NCBI GenBank assembly: GCA_013239625.1
Contig: MU054117.1
Span: 1,300,011 to 1,364,010 of the forward strand
Length of the DNA: 64,000 nucleotides
Direction: 5' to 3'
Source of the DNA: Lama guanicoe
Taxonomy: Eukaryota
Below are positions 23,760-35,300 of this stretch, piece by piece. The translations under genes were made by a program, and so were the position numbers. A model generated the notes under the pieces. The model did no database searches. It was given only the letters and a program-made list of their open reading frames with translations, and was not told the origin of the DNA. Position 1 is the stretch's first letter. Every line of letters begins with the position of its first letter.

Positions 23760-26700
23760 ATTTCCTGATGGATTTAGTTTGTGAATAAAAAAGAAAAAGA
23801 TGAACAAAGTGTTTACAATAATTATCAAGGCCAAGTCAACTAACACAATTGCTCTGTGACGTCAGGGCCTGTCCGTGACGCGACTCAGGCCCGCACGCGC
23901 ACACGGCGGGAGGCGGCGGTGCCTCAGCGGCACAGACACCACCGTCATGGCTGCTGCTGTCACCAGAAGGAACTCAAGCTACAAGGAGTCAGGCCCGGCG
24001 CTCCCCCCTGCAGCGTGGCTCTCCCTCCTGACGCGGGAGTCCCAGGAGCCCCGAGGCCGCCGCCGGGCAGACGGGCGGCAGGGGCGGGGCTGCCCGTGGG
24101 GTCTGCTGCCCGGGGGACTACAACACTGCTGCGGTCGGGAGGGGCTGCTCCGGCCCCGGTGGGCCTGGCTTCGGCGGGGTCACTTCCCTTCCTGAACCCG
24201 GGCGTGCTGGGGCCCAGACAGCCCAGGAGACCCAGGCTCTAAAAAGCGAACGGCGAAAGAATGTAGGGGCTGAAGCCAGAAGGAACCGGGACCTGAGGCG
24301 GACTCCCTCACCTGGATTGCAGGCTCCAGGCCGGCCAGGGCTCGGTCCAGCGTGGACGGGTCACCGGATGGTATAGCACCAAGTGGGCAGGAGGAGGGGC
24401 TGCGGCCGTCCAGGGCTGCTGCCAGGCGTGGGGCTCTGGCGCCAAGACCGGGCGGCCGCGCGGTATCAGGCACACTGAGCTGGGACCAATGTGGGGCGAG
24501 GGGGGTTCTGGGCTCACAAATTTGGGAACCTCTAGCAGAGATCCTGAGGACGTATGGGCAAACTCTGGCACAGTCGGGACTCGGGGCCCCAGGTTCCTCC
24601 TCCTCTTCCTCAGCGGCCACCGCCTTCACCAGGCAGTCCACCAGCCTGACTGCGGCCCCGCGGCCTCCAGCGGCTGGCCTGGCTGCCCGCCCAGCCAACA
24701 AGGGAGGAGGGGAGGAGTCTGGCTGCCCCGCAGCTTGAATTCCTTTATTAACATGATGTTGGCTTGCATTTTTCAAAACACAGCTCTTTAATTTTTCAGC
24801 TCTACAACTACTTTTTAATATCTTAATAATCTCAACAACAGACACAGTGTAACTGCCCCGATTCTCGGAACCACACGGCAACACCGACAGGCAGAGAAAC
24901 GGGAGGAGGTGCGAGGGGTCAGAAACCTGCTCCCTAAACCGCCCCTCCCCCGAGAGCCAGGAGGAGAAACACCCACAAGAGGGTCACAGACTCGCCAAAC
25001 ACGTTGGAAAAAACCAGGAGACGCTTGGTTAGTTTTGACACTAAAAAGTTTGGAAAGTTTTTGCTTAAAAAGAGTTAAGACAGCCATTTTGTTCAGAAGG
25101 ATTTCCCTGTACGTGTTTTTCTTGCCCAAATATTCCCTTAGTCCACATGGTGCGGGGGGGAGTGCCAGATTCCTCTTAAAACGCTCGTCTGGTCCGAGTC
25201 GCTGCCCGAGAAGCCCAGGCTGGCAGTGATGGGCGGCCCCCGGGCCCTGCTCCTCTCTGGCTCTGAACCTCGCGGGCGGGGAGGCCGCAGGGAACAGGCC
25301 CACTGTTGCTGACGCGGGGTCCGGGGACTCAGGCAGTGCCCCGGGAGGGGCTTCGACGTGGTGACGTCCCCTCCATCTGCGCTCCCCTCTAGACCCCGGG
25401 TCAAGCGGTGGGGCTCCAGGTCAAATGCAAACGCCAATGCTGACTGTCAACAGTCGCCCGGAACTGGGTAGCGACTCCCTCTGCCCTCACTCGGTGGAGG
25501 GGCTGAGCTGATGAGCTGCTCCTGGAAAACCAAGCGGATTCCACCGACACAAGGCGCCAGCCCTGTTGCCACTATTGACGCCGGAGGGTGGTGGGTCCCA
25601 CCTGCCTTCCTGGCTCTCAGTCTGCCACAGCCCACCTTTCCCACTTCAAACAGCATCGGAGCCCTCGTGAGTCTCAACCCAGAGACGTCATGAAGAACTC
25701 AGTGGGGACCCGGGATGGGGGGGTGACCCCCCCGAGAAGGTCGTGTTGCTTTTCTTAGTCAGGAGGCCCAGGTGGGAGTCCTCTCGCTCCTGTTATGACG
25801 ACTGATTTGGGGCACAGAGCTCCTGGTGCTGAGGGGCAGTGGGACCGGCCGACGGGGTGGACGCATCTGGGGACACGGCAGGCAGCCTGCTGTGAGTCAA
25901 GATTGCACGTCTTCCGTAGCAGCCACGAGGCTGTGTGAAACCATGAAGAGGTCGCAGACGGCAAACCTTGTGTGAGGGGAGCCGTGCGCTTAGCAATGTC
26001 GGCCCCGTGAATGTTCCAAACTGGGCAAGGCCCTCAAGTGCCAGAAACGCTGTCAACTCTGCCCCGGAGCGTGCAGGCGCGTCGCTGTTCACGTAAACTT
26101 CAGCCAGAGCCTCGCTCACCCGGGACCACACGGGCCCCAGAACCACTGAGATGCCAGGAGGGGCACGAGGAAGCACCGCAGAGGCTCCACCGAAGTCGGG
26201 GACCAGACAGAAGGAGTCGCCCAGACTGTCCTTCTCAGAGGCATGTGTCCAGAGGAACCCTGACCGGCTCTGGAGGGGGCATCAGGAAGGGCCGAGATGA
26301 AACGGAGCAGGAAGGAGGCGAGGGGAGCCCCGGCCCAGTGGGCAGGCGGCGGGGTCAGGAGCGGATCTGACGGTAGAGGGGTGTCAGCGGGACCGGGACC
26401 TGCCTGGGGCCACAGGTCGGCCGGCGGGGCCAGGCTGCCGTCTCCGTTCCGCTGTGGTCCTGCAAGGGTGGCGCCGTCTGTCCATCTCCACGTCGTGGTG
26501 GGTCACAGGGGACTCCACGACTCCAGCCCTGGCACCAAGGGCCTCCTACCTGATATGTGGGCAGCACAGCAAATACGTGGAATGGAGGTATCTGACCACG
26601 AATGGCCACCGCCTCCTGCCTCCCCGCTGCTGCACCCCCCCCTCCAGCCAGCCTGCCTAAGAGGAGGCATCTCAGTCCGAATTTACAAGCTGAGTCCACC

Positions 26701-28359
26701 GGACCCTTCGAGGAGCACTCGACAGCTTCTTGCAGCGAGAGGCCGTTCCACACAGGGAAGCAGGGCAGCGGAAGGCCTGACCATGTAAGTTAGCGGGACA
26801 GTCATGGGCTGCTGGTGGGAAGCTGGGCCTGACGGCTGTGGTGACTGGACGGGCAGCACAGACTCTCTGGGCAACCAGGGAAGCAGAAAGGAGACCACGC
26901 AAGACGGAAGCATTTAGGCCGGCAACTCTTATCAGAGGACGAGTGTCTGCTGGGGGCCTGGCCGCAGGGGTGGTCAAAGGGCTAGATGTGGGGTAAGTGG
27001 TCTACTTCTTGGTGCCTGGTGACTTCTGAAGGCCACCGCCGTGCGTGGGGAAAATGCCAACACCTTCAGCCGGATTTGCAACTTTGGGGTCAATTTTCTG
27101 CTTTGCAACACGGAGCTGGCCGTGTTCCACGAGGTGCGCACAGCTGTGCAAAGAAAACACTGCCCACGACCGTGGCACTGTGAACGGCACACTGTTCAGG
27201 GTAACACAGCCCCCAGATCCTGAGTCACCAGATGGGATGCTGGAGGCAGTGAGTGACTCAGCCGCCTGCCCCCAAGCCCATAAATTCCACCATAATGAGA
27301 AATGCTGATCTGTGGAAGGCTCTTCTGGAAAAGACACCATCTATGAAGATGGGGGAGGGGAGGGGCGTGCCTTTTCCTGCTGACTCCACCAGGTGTGTCT
27401 CGCCGAGTCCCTGACCCCCCCCCCACCAAGAGGCTTTCTGCACGGATGGGTGCCCGACGGTGACCTGCACACAGTAGGCACTTTGTAAGTATGAGCCAAA
27501 TGAAAGAACGGAGGAAGGAAAGCGTGCGGGGTGAGAAACAGTCATCTGGACTAGAAGCAGCTTCCGGCAGAGCCTGAGGCTCTGGTTCTGCGGTGCTGAT
27601 GAGGGAGACGTTCGGGAGAAACCAGCCTGACCCCAGGGAACCTTCTGAGAAGCAGAGCTGCGGGCGGGGATGACCAAGCCTGCTTCTCTTCCACGAGAGA
27701 CAGGATCAGACAAACCCACTCAAAGGTCTTCACGGAGAGGGACTGCCCCGCCTCCTGTAAGCCAAGTGAGGAGAAGCGGGAGGGCCAGGGAGGCGGGGAG
27801 GGGGTGGGGGAGACACCGGCCTGGGCTCAGCGGCCCCAGGCCACCCCGCCCACCCGCACGCCCCGCAGGAGCGGCACACGTGGAGAGCAGACAGGAGAGA
27901 ACGGAAGTCACCTTTCTCTCTGTCTCTCTTCCCTCTTCTCTCTGCTCTCTGTTTTAATACTCATTTGGAGATTTTTTTTTTACCCTTTTAGGAGAAAGCA
28001 CCTGTCGTGCGATTAGAACACTCAGCCCCCTGGTCCCTGGGGAAGCACTCTCTCCGTCTGAGTGGATTCCAGATCGAGTCCTTGGTCAAGGACAGAGGGA
28101 AGCGGGCTCCCCCTCTAGTCCCTCTGCAAAGGCAGGGCCGCCAGCTTCCACGGAGACCCGGCCACTCACCAGCCTGGACGTCGGGGGAACGAGTGCAGAC
28201 GCGGCGGCGGCAGGAGAAAGGCGGAGACGGACTGGAGGGCCTAGCGAGGCGGGACAGATCTGCGGTGCGTGTCTGGTGCCCAGCAGCCTCTGTGCCTCCG
28301 TTCCTGGCTCCCAGCGTTGCTCGATGGGGCTGCGGGACCGGCCACCCCCACGAAGGGGG
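23738..28359 (-). other. ERC1: ERC1 long 3'UTR (~4.6 kb)
   Basis: Follows the stop codon. No recognisable interspersed repeats. U-rich blocks on the minus strand at ~27900-27990, 25020-25130, 24740-24840 and 23740-23830. Ends at a poly(A)-signal/GU-rich arrangement; the distal end is approximate. Confidence 0.7.
24744..24749 (-). terminator. ERC1: Candidate proximal poly(A) signal AATAAA in the ERC1 3'UTR
   Basis: tttatt on + is AATAAA on -, at the end of an AT-rich block (24740-24840). The downstream element is weak. Confidence 0.4.
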
Positions 28360-28497
28360 TCAGGACGACTCTTCCAGCGCGTTGACCACCTGCTCCAGGA
28401 TGTCGGGGCAGTGGTCTGCGATCTGCTGCAGGACGGCGTTGGCGAACTCCTGCAGCTCTGCGTTGTCCCGCTCGCCCTTCTCCAGCTCGTCCTGAAG
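28360..28497 (-). CDS. ERC1: ERC1 terminal exon coding part (45 aa + stop): LQDELEKGERDNAELQEFANAVLQQIADHCPDILEQVVNALEESS*, FIP-RBD-like Rab-binding region
   Basis: Acceptor atctctcctccag|CTT, in phase with the 46357-46545 exon; TGA at 28362-28360. Matches the recalled ERC1 C-terminus. Confidence 0.95.
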   Translation of the reverse strand, partial: LQDELEKGERDNAELQEFANAVLQQIADHCPDILEQVVNALEESS

Positions 28498-29699
28498 CTG
28501 GAGGAGAGATGGGTTCAGATACAGTGAAACAGCCCTCCGTGTGCTGGGTTAAGAAATACTGCTCACCAATAAAGAAACGGCATTCGTGCTGACGTGGACG
28601 GACGTGGAGGGCACTGTGCTGCGTGAAGCACATGCTGCAGGTACCACTGACACGTGGGGTCTGGGGAAAGTCAAGCCAAACCCATAGATACAAGTGAGCC
28701 TCTGTCTCAAGGGGCGAGAATGCTTGTTTATCGGGTTGGTTTAATGATTCGGTGAGAAATCCACGTGCAGTGTAGTCACAATGCCTGGTCCACAGAAAAC
28801 GCTTGGTGGGGGTTAGATGTTATAATTATCATGACTGCTGGTTTTATTAAACAGGTAAGATCACCCAGAAAGCTCATGTAGATTAAAATGCAAAAAGAAA
28901 CAAATTTCAATTTTACTGTTGATAGAATCTAGGCGCTGGGCCAAGAAGCAGCACGCTGCTTTTTCAAATACATTGGAGAGCTGGGAAGAGGTCTAGCCAT
29001 CTTCTTTCTACTGTGTGCTGATGAGAGACCAACACATGTGTGGGCCAGGCTTAGACGACATGGAGGCTGGGGGCACCTCAAGCCCTGGCTGCACCCTGTG
29101 AATATGAGTCTCTGAAACAGGGAAGCCAGGGAGGTCAGGGCCTGTGAACAGGTGCCCGTGAACAAAGCCGCACAGACTGTAACCCAGCAGTGCTGCTGGC
29201 TGAGACGGCTGCGACTCTCAAGTCCCTTCAACCGTGCAAAGTAAGTGGGGAGGTTACGAGGTGGTACTGCTCGAGTTTCTTGTCTTTCCTCTTTCCCAGG
29301 AATATTCTGGACAACTTTGGTTTATATCCTGAGCCAGAAACCTACACGTCACAAGTCACATATTTATTTCCGTAAAATATCTTTTATTCTAATTTGGCTT
29401 CTGTTAAATAGATAATCATTAAACTACCAACAAATACCATATAGTGTAATAACATTTTTTCCGGGTGTTTCATTTTTCTGATTTAAAAAGTATTACACAT
29501 GCATCAAAGACAATTTAGAAAAGTACCAAAAACTCACCTGTACTACGAGCGTTAGGAGACAACCACTGCTATGTGTTTTGTCACATATTCTTTGAGATTT
29601 TGTTTTCTTATACATACATGTAATTTTAGAAACAAAATGGCAATGATATTATAGAGATTATTTATAAACTGATTTTGTTTTCACCTAAAAGTATACTGT

Positions 29700-30049
29700 A
29701 AGTCCATTTCCAAACCAAATCTCAAAGGCTCTGTTTGAAACCTGGTAATTGATTCTAAAATTTATCCTGAAGTGTAAATATACAGAAAGAGCCAAGGAGG
29801 TATTTCAAAGGCGGCTAAATGATGTGAGACTCTCTCTACCAGATTATAAAACACAGTATAAAAGCACACTAATTAGCAGAGTACTGTATTGATAAAGTCA
29901 AAGCAGTGGGGTTTAGAATATGAGCAAGAGGCATTTGAAGTCAATGAACTGTATTAGGTAAACTGGGCTCAGCCGTGGCTGGACTCCTACCCATGCCACA
30001 CATAAACATAAATGTAAAACTGGCTAAAGATCTAAACATAAAAATCATA
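29700..30049 (+). mobile_element. Ancient L1 (L1ME-like) ORF2 fragment, left piece
   Basis: gattctaaaatttatcctgaagtgtaaa...agagccaag and taaagatctaaacataaaa resemble late ORF2, out of order with the L1 that follows. Confidence 0.55.
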
Positions 30050-33000
30050 CTGTGAATACACATTCTTCCCAAAGCACACATGAAACATTCTCCAGAACAG
30101 ATCGCATGTTTGGCACAAAACAAGTCATAATAAATTTAAGAAGACTGAAACCACATCAGGGCACCTTTTCTCCCCACAGGGGTGTGACACCAGAAACAAA
30201 CTACAAGAGGAAAACCAGAAAATTCACAGATATGTAAAAATGAAGTAACAAGCAAATAAAAGCCAGTTGGTCAAATAAGAAATCAAAAGAGAAATTAAAA
30301 AAATACCTGGAGACAAATGAAAATGGAAACACAATATACCAAACTCATGGGATGCAGCTAAAGCAGCTCTAAGAGGGACGTTCATAGAAATTAATGCCTG
30401 CAATGAGAAACAGAAAAGACCTCAACTATACAACCTAACTTCACACCTCAAGGAACCAGGGAAAGAAGAGCAAATGGAGCCCAAAGTAAGTAGAAGCAAG
30501 AAAGAAATGAAACAGTCTAAAAAGACAATACAAAAGATCAACGACATTAAGAGCTGTTTTTTTAAACAATAAACAAAATAGGCAAACCTTTAGCTGGACT
30601 TACCAAGAGAAAAGAGAACGCAGATAAATAAAATCAGAAATGAAAGAGGAGACATTACAACTGATACCACAGAAATACAAAGGATCGTGAGACTACTATG
30701 AACAATTACATGCCAACAAACTGGACAACCTAGAAGCAACGGATGAATTCCTAGCCAGGCTGCATCACGAAGAAACAGGAAATCTGAACACACCAATTAC
30801 TAGTAAGGAAACTGAATCAGGACTCCAAGCCCTCCCAGCAAGGAACAGCTGGGGACCAGACGGCTTCACCAATGGGCTCCATGAAATATTCACAGAAGAA
30901 TTAACACCAGTCTTTCTCAAACTCTTCCAAAAAACAGAAGAGGAAGGAACACTTCCGAACTTATTCTACGAGGCCAGAATAACCGATACCGAAACCATAC
31001 AAGGGCACCAGAAGAAAGGAAAATAGCAGCCCAGCGTCCCTGAGGAACGTAGACGCACAAACTCTCCACAAAATACTAGCAAAATGAACTTGACAATACA
31101 TTCCCAGGCTCACACACCATAATCAAGTGGGATTAATCCCAAGGACACGAGGGCAGTTCAACGCCTGCAAGTCAATCAATGTGACACACCTCACTAACAA
31201 AACAAAGGATAAAAACCATATGATCTCAGTAGATGCGGGAAAAGCACTTGATAAAATCTGGCATCTATTTATGATGAAAACTCTCAACAAAGTGGGCACA
31301 GAGAGAACACACCTCAGCATAATAAAGGCCAGACATGACAAATCCTCAGCTAACATCACACTCAATGGCGAAAAGCTGAAAGCACTTCCTCTAAGATCAA
31401 GAACAAGACAAGGATGCCCACTCTGACCATTTTTATTCAACATGGAACTGGAAGTCCTGGCCAGAGTAATCAGACAAGAAAAGGAAATAAAGGGCAGCCA
31501 GATAGAAACAGAAGACGTAAAACTGTCAGTATTTGCAGACATGATATTATATATAGAAAATCCTAAAGACACCACCAAAGCAAAACAGAACTGGTAGAAC
31601 CAGTAAACAAATTCAATAAAGTTGTAGGATACAAAATAAATAGACAAAAAGTCTGCTGTGTTATTATACATTAATAAGGAACTCAAAAGAGAGATTAAGA
31701 AAACAATTCCATTTACAACTGCACCAAAAAGAACAAAATACCTAGGAATAAGTTTAGTCAAGGAGGTGACAGACTTCTACACCGAAGACTACAAGACACT
31801 GATGAAAGAAGCGGCAGACACTCTGTGTCCATGGGCTGGAAGAATTGATATTGTTAAGATGTCTAGACTACCCAAAGCAATCTACAGATCAATGCAGTCT
31901 CTATCAAAGTTTCAACAGTGTTTTCCACAGAAATAGAAAGTCTTAAAATTTATGAAGCCACAAAAGATCCTAAACAGCCAAAGCACTCTTGAGAAAGAAA
32001 AAAGCAGGAGGTACTACAATTTCTAATTTCAAATTGTATTACTAAGCTACAGTAATCAAAGCAGTTTGGTATTGGAATAAAAATAGACACACAGATCAGT
32101 GAACACAAAAGAGAGCCCATAAATAAATCCTCACACACATGATTGATTAATTCACGACAAAGGAGTCAAGAATATATAACAGAGTAAGGACAATCTCTTC
32201 AATAAGTGACGTTACAAAAACTGGACAGTCACACGTGAGAGAACGAAACTTCTATGCAACTGTGGCCAGAGCCTTACACCACACACACAAATTAACCCAG
32301 CATGCATTAAAGACTGGAATGTGAGACCTGAAACCATAAAGCCCCTAGAAGAAAACATAGGTAGCAAGTTCTTTGAGTTCAGTCTTGGTGATGATTTTTT
32401 GGAGTGGATGCTAAAAGCAAAGGCAACAAGAGCCAAATGAAGAAGGGGGACGACACCAAACTAAAGCTTCTGCACAGCAAAGGGAATCATCAAGGACACG
32501 GAAACGCAACCCACCACGTGGGAGGGAATACTTGCAAATCATACATCTGATAAAAGGTTAATATCAAAAACATACGAAGAACTCATACAACTCAACAGTA
32601 AAAAAGCAAACAATCTAATTAAAAAACGGGCACAGGATCTGAACAGACACTTTCCCCGGAGAAGACACAGAGACGGACAACAGACGCTGGGCGACGAGAA
32701 GACACCCAGCGTCAGTGATCACCAGGAAAATGCAAATGAAAACCAGTGAGACGCCACTCACACCTGCCAGGCGGCTGTCATCAGAACGACAGGTGACAAA
32801 TAGATAAACAAGATTATACTGTGTAGCACAGGGAAATATATACAAGATCCTGTGGTAGCTCACAGAGAAAAAAATGTGGCAATGAATATCTGTGTGTTCA
32901 TGTGTAACTGAAAAATTGTGCTCTACACTGGAATTTGACACAACATTGTAAAATGATTATAAATCAATAAAAAATGTTAAAAAAAAAAACCAAAAGCGAC

Positions 33001-33810
33001 AGGAGACAAGCGCTGGTGCAGGTGTGGAGAAAAGGGAGCCCTTGTGCACTGTTGGCGCGAATGTACACTGATGCAGCCACTATTGGAAAACAGCACAGAA
33101 GTTCCTCAAAAGATTAAAACTAGGTCCATGTGATTCTGCAGTCCCACTGCTGGGTGTTTAGCTGAAGAAAATAAAAACACTAGCTCGAAAAGACACACGC
33201 AGCCCCATGTTCACTGCAGCATTATTTATAAAAGCAAGACGCAGAGGCAGCCACGTGAAGTGTCCAGCAGGGGATGAAAGGATGCAGACGTGGCGGGCGC
33301 ACACAGCGGGCACCGCTCAGCCACGCGGAAGGGCGTGCGGCCACCTGCAGCATCACAGACGGGACTTAATGGCACTGCGCTACGTGGAGTAAGTCAGAGG
33401 AAGACAAGTGCTGGGGGGTCTCACTTACATCTAAGAAATCCCCCAGACAAGAGAACAAACTGAAACTGTAAATACAAAGAACTGACTGCTAGTTGCCAGG
33501 GGTGCGGTGTGGGCAGCGTGGGTGACAGGGGTCAGAAGGCATGAACCCCCGGTTGTAAGATTAATAAGCCCTGGGCATGCGATGTGCAGCACGGCGACTA
33601 CAGTTACCACTACCGTGCTGTGCATCTGAAAGTCCCTAAGAGAGCAGATCTTAAAAATTCTCACCATAGGGTAAAAAAAACCTTGTAACTGTGTGGTAAT
33701 GGGGGTTAAGCACACTTACTGTGGTCATCTCTTCGCAATATAAACAAACACGGAGTCACTCTGTTGTACACCTGAAAGGAGTGTGTTATCTGTCGATTAT
33801 CTCTCAAAAA
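30050..33810 (+). mobile_element. 5'-truncated, degenerate LINE-1 (L1MA-like): ORF2 remnant plus 3'UTR, antisense to ERC1
   Basis: Track ORFs 31127-31426 ([16 protein letters not shown]...[21 protein letters not shown]) and 31658-31936 (KYLGISL...PKAIYR) are L1 RT pieces. tttgcagacatgatatta is a frameshifted FADD motif. A-rich + strand, many stops and frameshifts, L1M-type 3' end at 33100-33810. Confidence 0.95.
32800..32996 (+). mobile_element. Younger L1 3'-end fragment nested in the older L1
   Basis: L1 3'UTR-like sequence ending aatcaataaaaaatgttaaaaaaaaaa. Flanked by a direct repeat cgacaggtgacaa (32787-32799) / cgacaggagacaa (32997-33009). Host L1 continues across it. Confidence 0.8.
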
Positions 33811-33829
33811 GTTATCAAATGATTATACG

Positions 33830-34210
33830 GAAAGCCACAGACTCTCACTGATGGGAATGCAGATTGGTGGGCAATTTGGGCTCTTCAACCAAATTTAATT
33901 TTATTTGCTCTTACCCCCAATAATTCCACTTTTAAGAGTGTATTGTACAGAAACAGCAGTAAGAAATTCAAGAATGTGTGCACAAGTGTGCTTACCAAGG
34001 AGATTCATAGTAAGAGCAGAGACTGAGTAGCAGCCTCAGTGTCAAACAAGAGGCGAGAGAGGTCTTTGGAAAACGTACGGGAAAGAAGCCCCAAACTACT
34101 GAGTGCGCGGAAGGGCTTTCTGTTTCATTCTACATACTGTTTGATTTAATACCGTAAGCGACATCAGCTTTACAATAAGAAAAAAAATGAATAAAATATT
34201 CAATATAATA
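33830..34210 (+). mobile_element. Ancient L1 (L1ME-like) 3' fragment, right piece
   Basis: actctcactgatgggaatgcagattgg, ccccaataattccacttttaagag and an A-rich end. Confidence 0.5.
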
Positions 34211-34315
34211 CAAATATTCACAGCTGCCTGTGCTTTTTAAACGTGTAATTGTTATATTCTAAGACAAAGAGAAGAGACAGACAGAGATGTATAAAACACT
34301 CGTTCAGAACGTGCA

Positions 34316-34475
34316 GGGCGGGAGGGCATAGCGCAAGTGGTAGAGCGCGTGCCTAGCACCTAGGAGGTTCTGGGTTCAAGCCCCAGCACCTCCTCCATAA
34401 ATAAATAAACCTGATTACCCGCCCCTCCACCAAAATGAAATCATTAAACAATACAACAATGAATAAAATATTTTT
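34316..34475 (+). mobile_element. tRNA-derived SINE (vic-1-like)
   Basis: gggagggcatagcgcaagtggtagagcgcgtgcctagc...tgggttcaagccccagcacctcc and tail taaataaataaacctgattacc. Confidence 0.9.
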
Positions 34476-34529
34476 TAAGAAGTACTGATTGGCCAATGAA
34501 GAGGAATGAAGTTCTGATACACATCACAA

Positions 34530-35300
34530 CGCGGGCCGTGAAACACTACGCTCGGGAGGGGCGGGCGCAGCTCGGGGCGTGGCAGCGCTCAGCACGAGCG
34601 AGGCCCGGGTTGCAGCCCCAGCTCCTCCGCTAGGAAGACAGAGAGAAGAGCCGCCGAGCGACCGCAGCCCGTCAGAGCGCGCTGCACGCCTCCGCCCGGA
34701 GGCAGCTCCCGAGTGGGAGGCAGACGTGGCCGCGCGGGACAGGGCGCGACCGCGGAGCCGGGAGGGACGACCAGCTGCCGCGGAGGGACGCAGACGGCTG
34801 AAGGCCGGCCGCGGGGGCGCGCACGAAGCCCGCTGAGTTTTCCTTCCCAGCGGGTGAACTGTACGATGTGGGAATCACTGTGAGAGCGCAGCGACGGGCC
34901 CTCCGCGCAGAGCCCGCAGAGCCCGCGCCCCGGGAGGGGTGACGCGCCGCCGCCTGCAGCTCAGGCGTGAAGAGCGCGGGGCACAGAGAAGAGGGGCGCT
35001 CCGAACGGCGGGCGCGGTGGGCTGCCAAGGCGCGGAGGCGGAGGCGCACCGGGCTGGGCCCGGAGGGCAGGGAGGCGGGAACGCCTGGGCCTCGACGGAA
35101 GCAACACCAGCTCTTCCCTGGGGCGGGCCAGGCTCGGCCTGGACCCCCAGGCACCCCCCCAGACCCCCCCACCCCGCCCCAGTGAAGCCACACTGGGCAC
35201 CGCGCCGACTGCGGCACCTCGTTACCCGAGAAGCGGGGACAAGCTGGAGTAAGTTAAAAGAGAAACGGCAGGCGAGACTGCGAAGCTGGAAGGGTCACTT
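34530..35300. promoter_or_regulatory. Intragenic CpG island in the last ERC1 intron
   Basis: Abrupt change from AT-rich L1/SINE sequence to CpG-dense sequence with GC boxes (ggggcgggcgc, ggggcgggcc). Confidence 0.7.

Noticed and set aside
28007..28693. Track ORFs overlapping the ERC1 last exon
   Set aside because: They are antisense or out-of-frame shadows; the real frame is 28497-28360 on the minus strand.
31123..31761. 212-aa hydrophobic minus-strand ORF resembling a membrane protein
   Set aside because: Antisense reading of A-rich L1 ORF2, a common artefact.
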